This document shows, piece by piece, positions 1 to 8,528 of a stretch of 64,000 nt of DNA. The position numbers and the translations under genes are program-made. The notes beneath the pieces are model-generated. The model was not told the origin of the DNA and did not search any database. It saw nothing but the letters and a program-made list of their open reading frames with translations. How positions within the stretch are numbered: position 1 is the stretch's first letter; every line of letters begins with the position of its first letter. Source of the stretch: Gaiellaceae bacterium (GTDB taxonomy: Bacteria > Actinomycetota > Thermoleophilia > Gaiellales > Gaiellaceae); contig DASUAX010000089.1 in NCBI GenBank assembly GCA_035763525.1, positions 884 through 64,883 of the forward strand, in the 5' to 3' direction.

Positions 1-472
1 CGACCGTGTCCTCGGCGGGCTTCAGCTGATCGAGGTCGGGCCCGACCTTGCCGCTCGCGTTCGCCGCCTTCAGCGTGTGGCAGCCGCTGCAGCCCGCGCT
101 CGCGAAGACGGCCTTGCCGGCGGTCGCGTCGCCCCTGGTCGCGCCGGCCCCACCGCCGCTCGCGGTCGTCGTCGGCGCGGCAGTCGTCTGGCTCGGCAGC
201 GGCTTGCTCACCGTCGCCGTGTGCGCCGGCGACTCGCTCGCCTCCGACCGCTCCTTCCCGAGCACGAGCACGGCCGCGAGCATCCCGACGAAGAAGAGGA
301 CGCACACCGTGACGTACAGCCCCATGTGCCTTCCCGGGAAGTTCGGGCTCCGTCGGGGAAGGACGAACGACGAGACGAGCGCGAAGACGATGAACGCGAT
401 CGCGACGGCGGCGAGGCCGATCTTGTGGCTCGTCTCGAGCGCGGCGACGACGAACTGGGCGTTCGCGAGCAT
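1..472 (-). CDS. membrane-anchored c-type cytochrome (C-terminus cut by window edge)
   Basis: Minus-strand frame from ATG at 472 reads MLANAQFVVAALETSHKIGLAAVAIAFIVFALV...GKAVFASAGCSGCHTLKAANASGKVGPDLDQLKPAEDTV. It has two hydrophobic helices, a Thr/Ala/Gly linker, then a CxxCH haem-c motif. It is absent from the ORF track because no stop lies inside the window. Confidence 0.75.
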   Translation of the reverse strand, partial: MLANAQFVVAALETSHKIGLAAVAIAFIVFALVSSFVLPRRSPNFPGRHMGLYVTVCVLFFVGMLAAVLVLGKERSEASESPAHTATVSKPLPSQTTAAPTTTASGGGAGATRGDATAGKAVFASAGCSGCHTLKAANASGKVGPDLDQLKPAEDTV

Positions 473-496
473 CGGCCCGGAACCTACCGGAACGCG

Positions 497-1234
497 CTAC
501 GAGAGCGCTGCGTCGCCCGCGCGCGGCTCGTCGACGCCCGACCCGGGCGTGCCGACCGGCTCCGGCCTCGCCGGGCGCAGGTACAGCAACTCGTACAGCG
601 AGGCCGCGATCACGCCGCCCGCGAACGGGCCGACGTACCAGATCCAGCCGTGCTCCCAGTGATTCCCGGCGAGCTGCGGCCCGAAAGCGCGCGCCGGGTT
701 CATCGCGCCGCCCGTGAGGCCGTAGGCCATCAGGACGTCGAAGGCGATCACGAACCCGATCGCGAGCCCCGCGATCTGCTTGAAGGTGCCGCGCGGGTCG
801 ACGGCCGTCGCGAAGACGACCCAGACGAGGAAGAACGTGAGCACCGCCTCGATCACGACCGCCTGCCCGGAGCCGATGCCGGAGCCGAGCGCGGGGACGC
901 CGAGCTTCGCCCCGTCCTCGACGCCCTGCGGCAGCACCCACTTGAGGAGCAGCGCCGCGAGGATCGCGCCCCCGAACTGCGCGACGAAGTAGACGACCGC
1001 GAGCGCCGCCGTGATCCGGCGCGTGACGAGGAACCCGAGCGTGACGGCGGGGTTGATGTGGCCGCCGGAGATCGGGCCTGCCGCGCAGACCATGACGGCG
1101 ATCACGAGCCCGTTCGCGAAGGCGAGGTCGATCGGGGAGCGGGCATAGGCGGCGCCGCCTGCGGCGACGAAGATGAGGGCGAAGACCCCGACGAACTCAA
1201 GGGTCCCGCGGCGGAGGTAGTCGCGCTCGAGCAT
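497..1234 (-). CDS. MIP-family channel (aquaporin/glycerol facilitator)
   Basis: 245-aa ORF with two NPA boxes (GGHINPAVT, GGAMNPARA) and a six-helix hydrophobic pattern. Confidence 0.9.
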   Translation of the reverse strand: MLERDYLRRGTLEFVGVFALIFVAAGGAAYARSPIDLAFANGLVIAVMVCAAGPISGGHINPAVTLGFLVTRRITAALAVVYFVAQFGGAILAALLLKWVLPQGVEDGAKLGVPALGSGIGSGQAVVIEAVLTFFLVWVVFATAVDPRGTFKQIAGLAIGFVIAFDVLMAYGLTGGAMNPARAFGPQLAGNHWEHGWIWYVGPFAGGVIAASLYELLYLRPARPEPVGTPGSGVDEPRAGDAALS

Positions 1235-1276
1235 GCGCGAAGCGTAGGACCTCCGTCGGACGGACCGCGGAGAGCC

Positions 1277-1996
1277 TCAGATCATGAAGGCGCCGTTGTT
1301 GTGGTCGATCGCCTGGCCGGTGACGCCGAGCGCGTCGTCGGACAGCAGCCAGGCGACCGTGCCGGCGATCTCCTCCGGCTCGCTCATCCGCGCGAGCGGC
1401 ACCTCCTGCTTCGCGATCTCCCACGCCTCGGCCTCGGTCAGGCCCTCCCACAGCGACAGCCCCAGTCGCGTCATGTCCGTGTTCACCCAGCCCGGGCAGA
1501 CCGCGTTCACCTGGATCCGCCGCGGCGCGAGCTCGGCCGCGAGTGAGCGCACGAGGCCGAGCAGCCCCGCCTTCGACGCGCAGTAGCCGGTGTAGCGGGC
1601 GACGCCGATCCGCGCCAGGATCGACGACGTGACCACGATGCGGCCGCCGTCGGCGAGCAGGGGCTCGGCGGCGCGGGCGCACCAGTAGGTGCCGTAGAGG
1701 TTCGTGCCGACGATCTCGTCGAAGCGGTCCTCGTCGCCGGGGTCGTTCGCGCCGCCGATGCCCGCGTTCGCGACGAGCGCGTCGAGCGGCTCCGTGAACG
1801 CTGCCTGGACCGCCTCGCGATCGCGGATGTCGACGACGCGCGTCGCCGCGCCCGGAACGACGTCGCCCAGACCCGCCTCGTCGCGGTCGAGCAGTGTCAG
1901 CCGGGCGCCTTCCGCGGCGACCCGCTCCGCGATCGCGCGTCCGATCCCCCTGCCCGCCCCGGTGACGAGGACGTGCTTCCCCTCGAGCCGCTTCAC
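1277..1996 (-). CDS. short-chain dehydrogenase/reductase (SDR)
   Basis: 239 aa from GTG at 1996 (VKRLEGKHVLVTGAGRGIGRAIA...). Has the TGxxxGIG Rossmann motif and a YCASK catalytic motif. The rest of the 614-aa track ORF is a shadow extension. Confidence 0.9.
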   Translation of the reverse strand: MKRLEGKHVLVTGAGRGIGRAIAERVAAEGARLTLLDRDEAGLGDVVPGAATRVVDIRDREAVQAAFTEPLDALVANAGIGGANDPGDEDRFDEIVGTNLYGTYWCARAAEPLLADGGRIVVTSSILARIGVARYTGYCASKAGLLGLVRSLAAELAPRRIQVNAVCPGWVNTDMTRLGLSLWEGLTEAEAWEIAKQEVPLARMSEPEEIAGTVAWLLSDDALGVTGQAIDHNNGAFMI

Positions 1997-3213
1997 ACGG
2001 GCGAGTCTACGGCGGCGGCCCGCAGCGATGACCGCTCCGCGATCGCGGCTGCCGCGAACGCGACCACCGCGATCGTCTTCGCGCCGAGCACGACGACGAG
2101 CACCGAGCGCGGGTCGTAGCGCGAGAGCGCCCACCCGGCGAGCAGGAGGCCGACCGGCGAGGCGATGCACTGGAAGACGCCGAACGCGGCGACTCCCTGC
2201 GTGCGCACCTCCCTGGGCATGCGCAGCATCGTCAGCGCCTGGATCGGCGCGTTCACGTTCGACATCGCGAAGCCCGCCAGCGCCATCGCCGCGAACGGGA
2301 CGGGCCACGGGGCGGGTACGGTGAGGATCCAGAGCGACGCGATCTGGAGCGCGAACGCAACCGTGCCCAGCGCGAGCGGGTCGTCGAACCGCCTGACCGT
2401 CCACATCGACACGAATGCTCCGACGAGCGCCCCGCCGCCGAGCGCGCCGAACAGCCAGCCGAGGATGCGCGGGTTCGCGTGGTAGTGCGTGACGACGAGC
2501 ACCGGCAGGGATGCGAAGAGCAGCATCCAGCAGACGTCGATCAGCGTGAACGCCGGCGTCCAGATGCGGAGGAGCCGGTCGCGGAGGAGGAACCGGACGC
2601 CGGCGAGGGCGTCCGGACGCTCCTCCGTCTCGACCTGAGGCGGGTGGACGAAGAGCGCGAGCAGCACGAAGGAGAGGAGGTAGGAGGCGGCGTCCACGTA
2701 GAGCACGGGCGACGCGCCGATCAGCGAGATCAGCACGCCCGCGAGCGGCGGGCCGACGAAGATCGTCAGCCGGTTCGCGGCCTGGAAGAACGCCGTCGCC
2801 TGCGCGACGTCGGCCTGCTGCTCGCCGACGAGCTCCGGCACGACCGAGCGCTGCACCGAGAAGTACGGCGCGAGGAAGATGCCGCTCACCGCGACGAGCG
2901 CGAGCAGCGCGGGGAAGGGCAGGAGCCCCAGAGAGTGCAGCGCCGGGATCGACGCGAACAGCGGCGCCCGCAGAAGGTCGCAGACGAGCATCGTGCGCCG
3001 CGTCCCGACCCGCGACGCGATCGCGCCGCCCCAGAAGCCGAGCAGCGCGACCGGCAGCACCTCGGCGATGATCACCCACGTCATCCGCTGCGGTGAGCCG
3101 GTCGCGCGGAGCACGAACCACGGGATCGCGACCCAGGTCATCTGCGTGCCGGTCGACGAGATCACCTCGGCCGCGAGCAACGCGGCGAGGCGGGGGTCGC
3201 GCAGCATCCTCAT
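1993..3213 (-). CDS. MFS transporter
   Basis: 406 aa from ATG at 3213 (MRMLRDPRLAALLAAEVISSTGTQMTWVAIPWFVL...) with about 12 hydrophobic segments. Its stop overlaps the SDR start by 4 nt. Confidence 0.85.
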   Translation of the reverse strand: MRMLRDPRLAALLAAEVISSTGTQMTWVAIPWFVLRATGSPQRMTWVIIAEVLPVALLGFWGGAIASRVGTRRTMLVCDLLRAPLFASIPALHSLGLLPFPALLALVAVSGIFLAPYFSVQRSVVPELVGEQQADVAQATAFFQAANRLTIFVGPPLAGVLISLIGASPVLYVDAASYLLSFVLLALFVHPPQVETEERPDALAGVRFLLRDRLLRIWTPAFTLIDVCWMLLFASLPVLVVTHYHANPRILGWLFGALGGGALVGAFVSMWTVRRFDDPLALGTVAFALQIASLWILTVPAPWPVPFAAMALAGFAMSNVNAPIQALTMLRMPREVRTQGVAAFGVFQCIASPVGLLLAGWALSRYDPRSVLVVVLGAKTIAVVAFAAAAIAERSSLRAAAVDSPV

Positions 3214-3701
3214 CTGTCGGCGACCGCTCCGAAGGAGACGACGACGCGCCGCGTGCCGCGACGGTGCGGGCGGCCGCGGAACTCGTCGAGCAGCGATTCG
3301 AAGCGCTCGCCGAGCTCCTCCAGCTCGCGCGCGGTCAGCTCGAGCGTCGCGGCCGACGTCTGCGCCGCGCGCCGCCACGGCGCCGGCAGCTCGTGCTCGT
3401 TCCGGAGCGAGTCGCGCACGCGCTGCTGCTGTCGCGCGACGAGCTCGTCGCGGAGCACCGTCGCCTCGTGGCCGTCGGACGGGAACTCGATGCGCGCCGC
3501 AGTCGCCCGCCACGGGCGCTCGCGGCCGGCGCGGCCGCTTCCCTCCTCCACGAAGCCCCACCTGGCGAGGGCGCGCAGGTGGTAGCTGCACGAGGACGGG
3601 CTCTCGTCGACGAACTCGGCGCACTCCGTGGCCGTCGCCTGGTCGACCACGTGCAGGTGGTCGAGCAGGGCGAGGCGCGTGGGGTGCGCGAGCGCGCGCA
3701 T
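3210..3701 (-). CDS. ArsR-family winged-helix transcriptional regulator
   Basis: 163-aa ORF beginning MRALAHPTRLALLDHL..ATATECAEFVDESPSSCSYHLRALARWGFVEE, a typical ArsR/SmtB HTH. ATGA overlap with the MFS gene. Confidence 0.85.
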   Translation of the reverse strand: MRALAHPTRLALLDHLHVVDQATATECAEFVDESPSSCSYHLRALARWGFVEEGSGRAGRERPWRATAARIEFPSDGHEATVLRDELVARQQQRVRDSLRNEHELPAPWRRAAQTSAATLELTARELEELGERFESLLDEFRGRPHRRGTRRVVVSFGAVADR

Positions 3702-3752
3702 GGCACGCGGGTCGGAGAGGGTGAGCGAGCTGTCGAAAGAGATCTTTCGAAA

Positions 3753-4724
3753 CTACTCTTTCGAGAGCCAGGCGTCAAGCACCCGTTGCTCCTTCGCGCG
3801 ATCGAGGCCCGCGTCCGTTCCGGCCGGCGCCTCGCCGCGCGCGACCCAGGCGAGCGTGTCGCGCACCGTTTCCTCGAGCGGGCGTGTCTCGAGCCCGGCG
3901 CCGAAGGCGGGCGAGGGATCGACCGAGAGCATCCCGGCGTACTCGGCGCTCGAGAGCCAGAGCGGGAGCTCCAGCCACTCGCCGACGTCGTGCGCGAGCA
4001 GGAAGTCGCCGTCGACCCAGACGAGCTCGGCGTCCGATCGCGCGACGCCGCGGCAGGTATCGAGCAGCGTCGCCCGGGTCACCGGTCGGTCGACCGCGTT
4101 GAAGGTCCCGGCGAGGCCGTCCTCGGCCGCGCGCACGATCCAGCCCGCGAGGTCGCGGGCATCGATCACCTGAGCGTCGGCGTCGGGCGGCGCGGGTGCG
4201 AGCACGCGGCCGCCGGCCGCGATCCGCTCGGGCCAGTACGTGAAGCGGCCGGTCGGGTCCCAGGGCCCGACGATCAGGCCCGGCCGCACCACGAATGCGT
4301 CGGGGAAGCGCTCGCGAACAACGTCCTCGCAATCGGCTTTCAGCTCGCCGTACGCCTCGCGCCACTCCTCCGTCGGCGCCTCGAGCTCGCGCACCGCGGA
4401 GCCCTCGGTCGGAGGCGTCGAGAGATCGGCGTAGACCGAGATCGACGAGACGAACGTGTAGTGCCCGACGTCTCCGAGCACGTCGATCGTCTCCCGGACG
4501 ACGCGCGGCACGTAGCCGCTCGTGTCGAGGACCGCGTCGAACGAGCGGCCGGAGAGCGCGTCCAGGCCGCCGTCGCGGTCGCCGTGGAGCTTCTCGACGC
4601 CGGGGAAGAGCTCGGGCCGCGTACGGCCGCGGTTGAACGTGGTCACGTCGTGCCCGCGCGCGAGCGCGACGTCGACGGTGTGACGGCCGAGGAACTGCGT
4701 GCCGCCGAGGACGAGGATGCGCAT
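3753..4724 (-). CDS. NAD-dependent epimerase/dehydratase family protein
   Basis: 323 aa. N-terminal MRILVLGGTQFLGRH Rossmann motif; extended-SDR architecture. Confidence 0.85.
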   Translation of the reverse strand: MRILVLGGTQFLGRHTVDVALARGHDVTTFNRGRTRPELFPGVEKLHGDRDGGLDALSGRSFDAVLDTSGYVPRVVRETIDVLGDVGHYTFVSSISVYADLSTPPTEGSAVRELEAPTEEWREAYGELKADCEDVVRERFPDAFVVRPGLIVGPWDPTGRFTYWPERIAAGGRVLAPAPPDADAQVIDARDLAGWIVRAAEDGLAGTFNAVDRPVTRATLLDTCRGVARSDAELVWVDGDFLLAHDVGEWLELPLWLSSAEYAGMLSVDPSPAFGAGLETRPLEETVRDTLAWVARGEAPAGTDAGLDRAKEQRVLDAWLSKE

Positions 4725-4756
4725 TCGCCCACCGTACGGCAGCTAGAGTCGGCGGC

Positions 4757-4975
4757 GTGGCGCGTATCGAGATCCTCTATTGCCCCGTCTGAAGCGGCTA
4801 TGACCGACGCGCCGCGAGTCTCGTGGCGGAGCTGAACGGACTCGAGCACGAGGCGGAGATGACCGAGGGCCGGCAGAGCCAGTTCGACGTGGTCGCCGAC
4901 GGCCGGCTCGTGTTCTCGAAGCAGGCCGAGGGGCGGTTCCCGGAGCTGGCCGACCTGCTCGCGTCGTTGAAGTGA
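4757..4975 (+). CDS. SelW/Rdx-family selenoprotein candidate (in-frame TGA at 4790-4792 read as Sec)
   Basis: GTG 4757 gives VARIEILYCPV-U-SGYDRRAASLVAELNGLEHEAEMTEGRQSQFDVVADGRLVFSKQAEGRFPELADLLASLK. It shows the CxxU redox motif, GY..RA, and the G.F.V..DG.L.FSK...GRFPE tail typical of the Rdx fold. Its stop 4973-4975 overlaps the GTG of the next gene. Confidence 0.7.
4810..4828 (+). promoter_or_regulatory. candidate bacterial SECIS hairpin for the SelW-like gene
   Basis: CGCCGCG-AGUCU-CGUGGCG: a 7-bp stem with one G-U pair and a 5-nt loop with G in second position. The stem starts 17 nt after the UGA. Confidence 0.4.
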
Positions 4976-5448
4976 TCCGCCATGCCGAGCCGCGTGACCA
5001 TGCCGCGGTGATCGGCGTGATCGACGAGTGGTGGGGCGGACGGTCGATGGCGGCGATGCTGCCGAAGCTCTTCTTCGTCCACTTTCGCGAGACGTCGTTC
5101 GTCGCCGAGGAGGGCGGCCGTGTCACGGGGTTCCTGTGCGGGTTCCGCTCGCAGACGTTTCCCGAGGAGGCGTACATCCATTTCGTCGGCGTCGCGCCGG
5201 AGAAGCGCGGCGGCGGGCTCGGGCGCGAGCTGTACGAGCGGTTCTTCGCCGCGGTCGCCCCCCGTACGGTCGTCCGTGCCGTCACCTCGCCCGTCAACGA
5301 ACGGTCGGTCGCGTTCCACCGCGCGCTCGGCTTCGAGGTCGAGCGTGTCGACGAGGACTACGACGGGCGCGGCGAGGCGCGCGTCCTCTTTCGCAAAGCG
5401 CTTCAAGAGGCTCCAGCCGGCGCGCGATCATTCGGTCAGAACCCCTAA
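4972..5448 (+). CDS. GNAT-family N-acetyltransferase
   Basis: 158 aa. Acetyl-CoA binding motif VGVAPEKRGGGLGRELY; GTG start overlaps the upstream stop. Confidence 0.85.
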   Translation: MIRHAEPRDHAAVIGVIDEWWGGRSMAAMLPKLFFVHFRETSFVAEEGGRVTGFLCGFRSQTFPEEAYIHFVGVAPEKRGGGLGRELYERFFAAVAPRTVVRAVTSPVNERSVAFHRALGFEVERVDEDYDGRGEARVLFRKALQEAPAGARSFGQNP

Positions 5449-5491
5449 CGGGTGATGTTGCCTGCTCGGGCGGCGCGCCGATACGGCGTCC

Positions 5492-6829
5492 GTGGGTGCG
5501 CCCGTCTACCGGGGCACGTTCGACGCGCCGCAGGCCGAGCGGCTGCTCTGGCGTGCCGGCTTCGGGCCGCGGCCGGGCGAGGCGCAGGCGCTGGCAAGGC
5601 TCGGGCTCGACGGCGCCGTCCACTCGCTCCTCAACCCCGGCGTCGAGAAGCTCGTCGGCCCGAAGCCCCACGACGCGAAGGGCCGCCCGTTGGCCCCCGC
5701 CGACCGCTGGGGGCACGACCACTGCTGGTGGCTCGACCGCATGGTGCGCACGTCGCGGCCGCTCGTCGAACGCATGGCGCTCGTCTGGCACGACTGGTTC
5801 GCGACGTCGAACGCCGGCGTCGGCGACCAGAAGCTGATGCTCCAGCAGAACGAGCTCTTCCGGAAGCACGGGCTCGGCTCGTTCGAGCGGCTGCTCCTCT
5901 CCGTGACGGCGAACCCCGCGATGCTGCTGTGGCTCAACGGCACCGAGAACACGAAGGACGCGCCGAACGAGAACTACGGGCGCGAGATGATGGAGCTGTT
6001 CACGCTCGGCGCGAACCGCGGCGCCTACACCGAGCGCGACGTGCGCGAGCAGGCGCGGTCGCTGACCGGATGGACGAGCCGCTGGAGCCGCGGCCGCGGC
6101 GACTACGACTTCCACTTCGACGCGACGCGGCACGACCCGGGGACGAAGACGGTGTTCCGCCACTCGGGCCGCTACGCGTGGCGTGACGCGTGCCGGCTCT
6201 GCCTCTCGAACCCGAAGCACCCGTCGTTCTTCGTGCAGAAGCTCTGGGGCTACTTCGTCCCGGTGCCGCCCGACGCTGCGACGGCGCGGGCGCTCGAGGC
6301 GGCGTACACGCAGGGGCACGAGCTCAGGCCGGTGCTCGACATCGTCCTCAAGCACCCGGCGCTGTATACCGGGCCGCGCATGACGAAGCCGCCGGTCGTC
6401 CACACCGCCGGCCTGCTCCGGCGGATCGGCGCCGGCGTGACCACCGACTCGTGGGCCTGGATCGGCTCGCTCGCCGGGCAGCAGCTCTTCTACCCGCCGA
6501 ACGTCGCCGGCTGGGACGACACGCGCTGGCTCGACACCGCCACCTTCCGCGGCCGGTGGATCGGCGTGGCTCAGCTCCTGAACGACCGCCGCCTCGACCC
6601 GTCGAAGGGGAAGGCGCCCGCCGACGCGCAGACGGTGCTGAAGCGCGCGCTCGCCTTCTGGCGCAACCCCGCGCTCTCCGACGCGACGCACCGCGCGCTG
6701 CTGCAGTTCGCGAAGGAGTCGCTGCACCAGGCGGGCTCGCAGCGCTGGAAGCAGGTGCAGTACCCGGTGCTCGTCGAGAACGCGCTTCGCCAGCTGATCG
6801 CCGTGTCCCCCGACCTGCAGACGTCATGA
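5492..6829 (+). CDS. DUF1800-family protein
   Basis: 445 aa. N-terminal AERLLWRAGFGP and the later HDWFATS, ENYGREMMELFTLG, GWT motifs are characteristic of DUF1800. Paired with DUF1501 as usual. Confidence 0.85.
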   Translation: MGAPVYRGTFDAPQAERLLWRAGFGPRPGEAQALARLGLDGAVHSLLNPGVEKLVGPKPHDAKGRPLAPADRWGHDHCWWLDRMVRTSRPLVERMALVWHDWFATSNAGVGDQKLMLQQNELFRKHGLGSFERLLLSVTANPAMLLWLNGTENTKDAPNENYGREMMELFTLGANRGAYTERDVREQARSLTGWTSRWSRGRGDYDFHFDATRHDPGTKTVFRHSGRYAWRDACRLCLSNPKHPSFFVQKLWGYFVPVPPDAATARALEAAYTQGHELRPVLDIVLKHPALYTGPRMTKPPVVHTAGLLRRIGAGVTTDSWAWIGSLAGQQLFYPPNVAGWDDTRWLDTATFRGRWIGVAQLLNDRRLDPSKGKAPADAQTVLKRALAFWRNPALSDATHRALLQFAKESLHQAGSQRWKQVQYPVLVENALRQLIAVSPDLQTS

Positions 6830-8181
6830 GTAGTCGCGTCGTGTGTGACGAGTGCACGCGCGCCGATCTGTTCAGGGCGGCGGCGGGGCAGGGGCTGCCG
6901 GCGGTCGAGGCGGGCATGCCGACGCCCGCGGGCACGGGCCTCACGCGACGAGGCTTCGTCGCGCGCTCCGTCGGGCTCGCGCTCACGGTGTACGGCGCGG
7001 GCCGGCTCGGGATCTTCGACGAGGGCATCGCCGCCGCGGCGAGCGGGCCGCAGCAGCCGATCCTCGTCACGGTGTTCCTGCAGGGCGGAGCCGACTCGCT
7101 GACGCTCCTCTCGCCGCAGGCCGACCCGCTCTACCGCAAGCTGCGGCCGAGCCTCGCGGTCAGCGGCGGCACGCCGTTCGCGGAGGATGCGAGTCTCTCG
7201 TGGCACCCGGCGCTCGCGCCGCTCGCGCAGCTCCACGCCGAGGGCAAGGTGAGCGTGCTGCCGGCCGTCGGCTACGACCACCCCGACCAGTCACATTTCA
7301 CCTCCCGGCACTTCTGGGAGGTGGGCGCGACCGACCCGCGGCTCCTGACCGGCTGGCTCGGCCGCTATCTCGACGCCGTAGGGACGACGGACAATCCGCT
7401 GCAGGGGCTCTCGTTGACCGGGTCGCTCCAGCCGGCGCTCGCGACGGCGAAGGTGCCGGTCGCGGCGATCGACGGGCCGGGCGAGTACGACTTCTGGACG
7501 CCCGGCGTGTGGGGCGAGGTGCAGGACAGGATGCTCGACGCGATCGGCCACCTCGGCCGCACCGGCGGGCACGACGCCGCCATGCGCACCGTCGCGAACG
7601 TGACGGCGCAGGCCTCGACGCTGCGCAAGCAGCTCGCGCCCTTCGCCGGCGACAAGATCGCCGCGCCGGCCGTGACCTATCCGGCCGGCGACTCCTTCCC
7701 GCAGCGCCTGCAGGGCCTTGCCGCGATGATCGCCGCCGGCCTGCCGCTGCGCTGCGTCGCGCTCGAGGCGACCGGCGAGTACGACACGCATGCGTCGCAG
7801 GCATCGGCGCTCGGCCCGGCGCTGCAGACGACGGCCGCGTCCCTGTACGCGTTCCAGCGCGATCTCGAGGCCCGGGGCGTCGCCGACCGCGTCCTCACGC
7901 TCGTGTGGACCGAGTTCGGCCGCCGCGCGAAGGAGAACGGCTCCGGCGGCACCGACCACGGCGCGGCCGGAAGCGGCTTCCTGATCGGCACGCGCGCTGC
8001 CGGGACGCAGGTCGGCGAGTTCCCCGGGCTCGCCGGCGGCCTCGACGAGGACGGCAACCTGAAGGCGACCTCCGACTTCCGCGGCGTCTACGCCGGGCTG
8101 CTCGAGCAGTGGCTCTCGTTCGACGCGGAGCGCATCCTCCCACGCGCCTCGTCGTTTGCGCGGCCGACGCTCGTCAAGTGA
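6826..8181 (+). CDS. DUF1501-family (sulfatase-like) protein with Tat-type signal
   Basis: ATG 6826 overlaps the DUF1800 stop (ATGA). Reads MSSRVVCDECTR...LTRRGFVARSVGLALTVYGAG, then the DUF1501 core (GGADSL, EFGRR..ENGSGGTDHG). Confidence 0.85.
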   Translation: MSSRVVCDECTRADLFRAAAGQGLPAVEAGMPTPAGTGLTRRGFVARSVGLALTVYGAGRLGIFDEGIAAAASGPQQPILVTVFLQGGADSLTLLSPQADPLYRKLRPSLAVSGGTPFAEDASLSWHPALAPLAQLHAEGKVSVLPAVGYDHPDQSHFTSRHFWEVGATDPRLLTGWLGRYLDAVGTTDNPLQGLSLTGSLQPALATAKVPVAAIDGPGEYDFWTPGVWGEVQDRMLDAIGHLGRTGGHDAAMRTVANVTAQASTLRKQLAPFAGDKIAAPAVTYPAGDSFPQRLQGLAAMIAAGLPLRCVALEATGEYDTHASQASALGPALQTTAASLYAFQRDLEARGVADRVLTLVWTEFGRRAKENGSGGTDHGAAGSGFLIGTRAAGTQVGEFPGLAGGLDEDGNLKATSDFRGVYAGLLEQWLSFDAERILPRASSFARPTLVK

Positions 8182-8528
8182 AGGCTGCCTTCTTCGCAGC
8201 TGTCCTGCTCGCGCCGCTCGTCCACACGGCGACGCCGGCGCCCGCGCAGCTGCAGGTCGTCGCGCGCGAGTACTCGTTCACGCTCTCGCGCCTGCACGTG
8301 AAGGCAGGGCCCGCGGTGATCGAGCTCGCGAACTTCGGCCAGGACCCGCACGACCTCCGCCTGCAGCGCCGGGGCGCACGCCACATCGCCGGGCTGGGCG
8401 TCGTCGGGCCCGGAAAGCGGGCCGAGCTGTCGCTGAGGCTGCCGCCGGGGCGATACTCGCTCTGGTGCTCCGTCGCGAACCACCGGCAGCTCGGCATGCG
8501 CGCGACGCTCGTCGTCTCGAAGCGCTGA
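8178..8528 (+). CDS. small secreted cupredoxin-like copper protein
   Basis: GTG 8178 overlaps the DUF1501 stop (GTGA). Has a signal-like N-terminus, DPHDL ... YSLWCSVANHRQLGMRATLVV, and a His/Cys/His/Met ligand pattern. Confidence 0.7.
   Translation: MKAAFFAAVLLAPLVHTATPAPAQLQVVAREYSFTLSRLHVKAGPAVIELANFGQDPHDLRLQRRGARHIAGLGVVGPGKRAELSLRLPPGRYSLWCSVANHRQLGMRATLVVSKR

Noticed and set aside
77-1546. 489-aa plus-strand ORF, and similar long ORFs at 1197-1682, 3093-4835, 5294-6727, 5028-5837 and 6852-8528 (N-terminal part).
   Set aside because: They run antisense to, or out of frame with, genes that have clear family motifs. Their translations are Arg/Ala/Pro/Gly-rich low-complexity strings, typical of shadow ORFs in very high-GC DNA.
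4790-4792. Treating the TGAs at 4790 and 34880 as ordinary stops or nonsense mutations (pseudogenes).
   Set aside because: Both fall exactly on the redox-active Cys/Sec position of their families (CxxU in Rdx, UxxC in DsbA). The frames stay open and family-like on both sides, and each is followed by a hairpin at SECIS-compatible distance. The pseudogene reading remains the fallback if the genome lacks Sec machinery.
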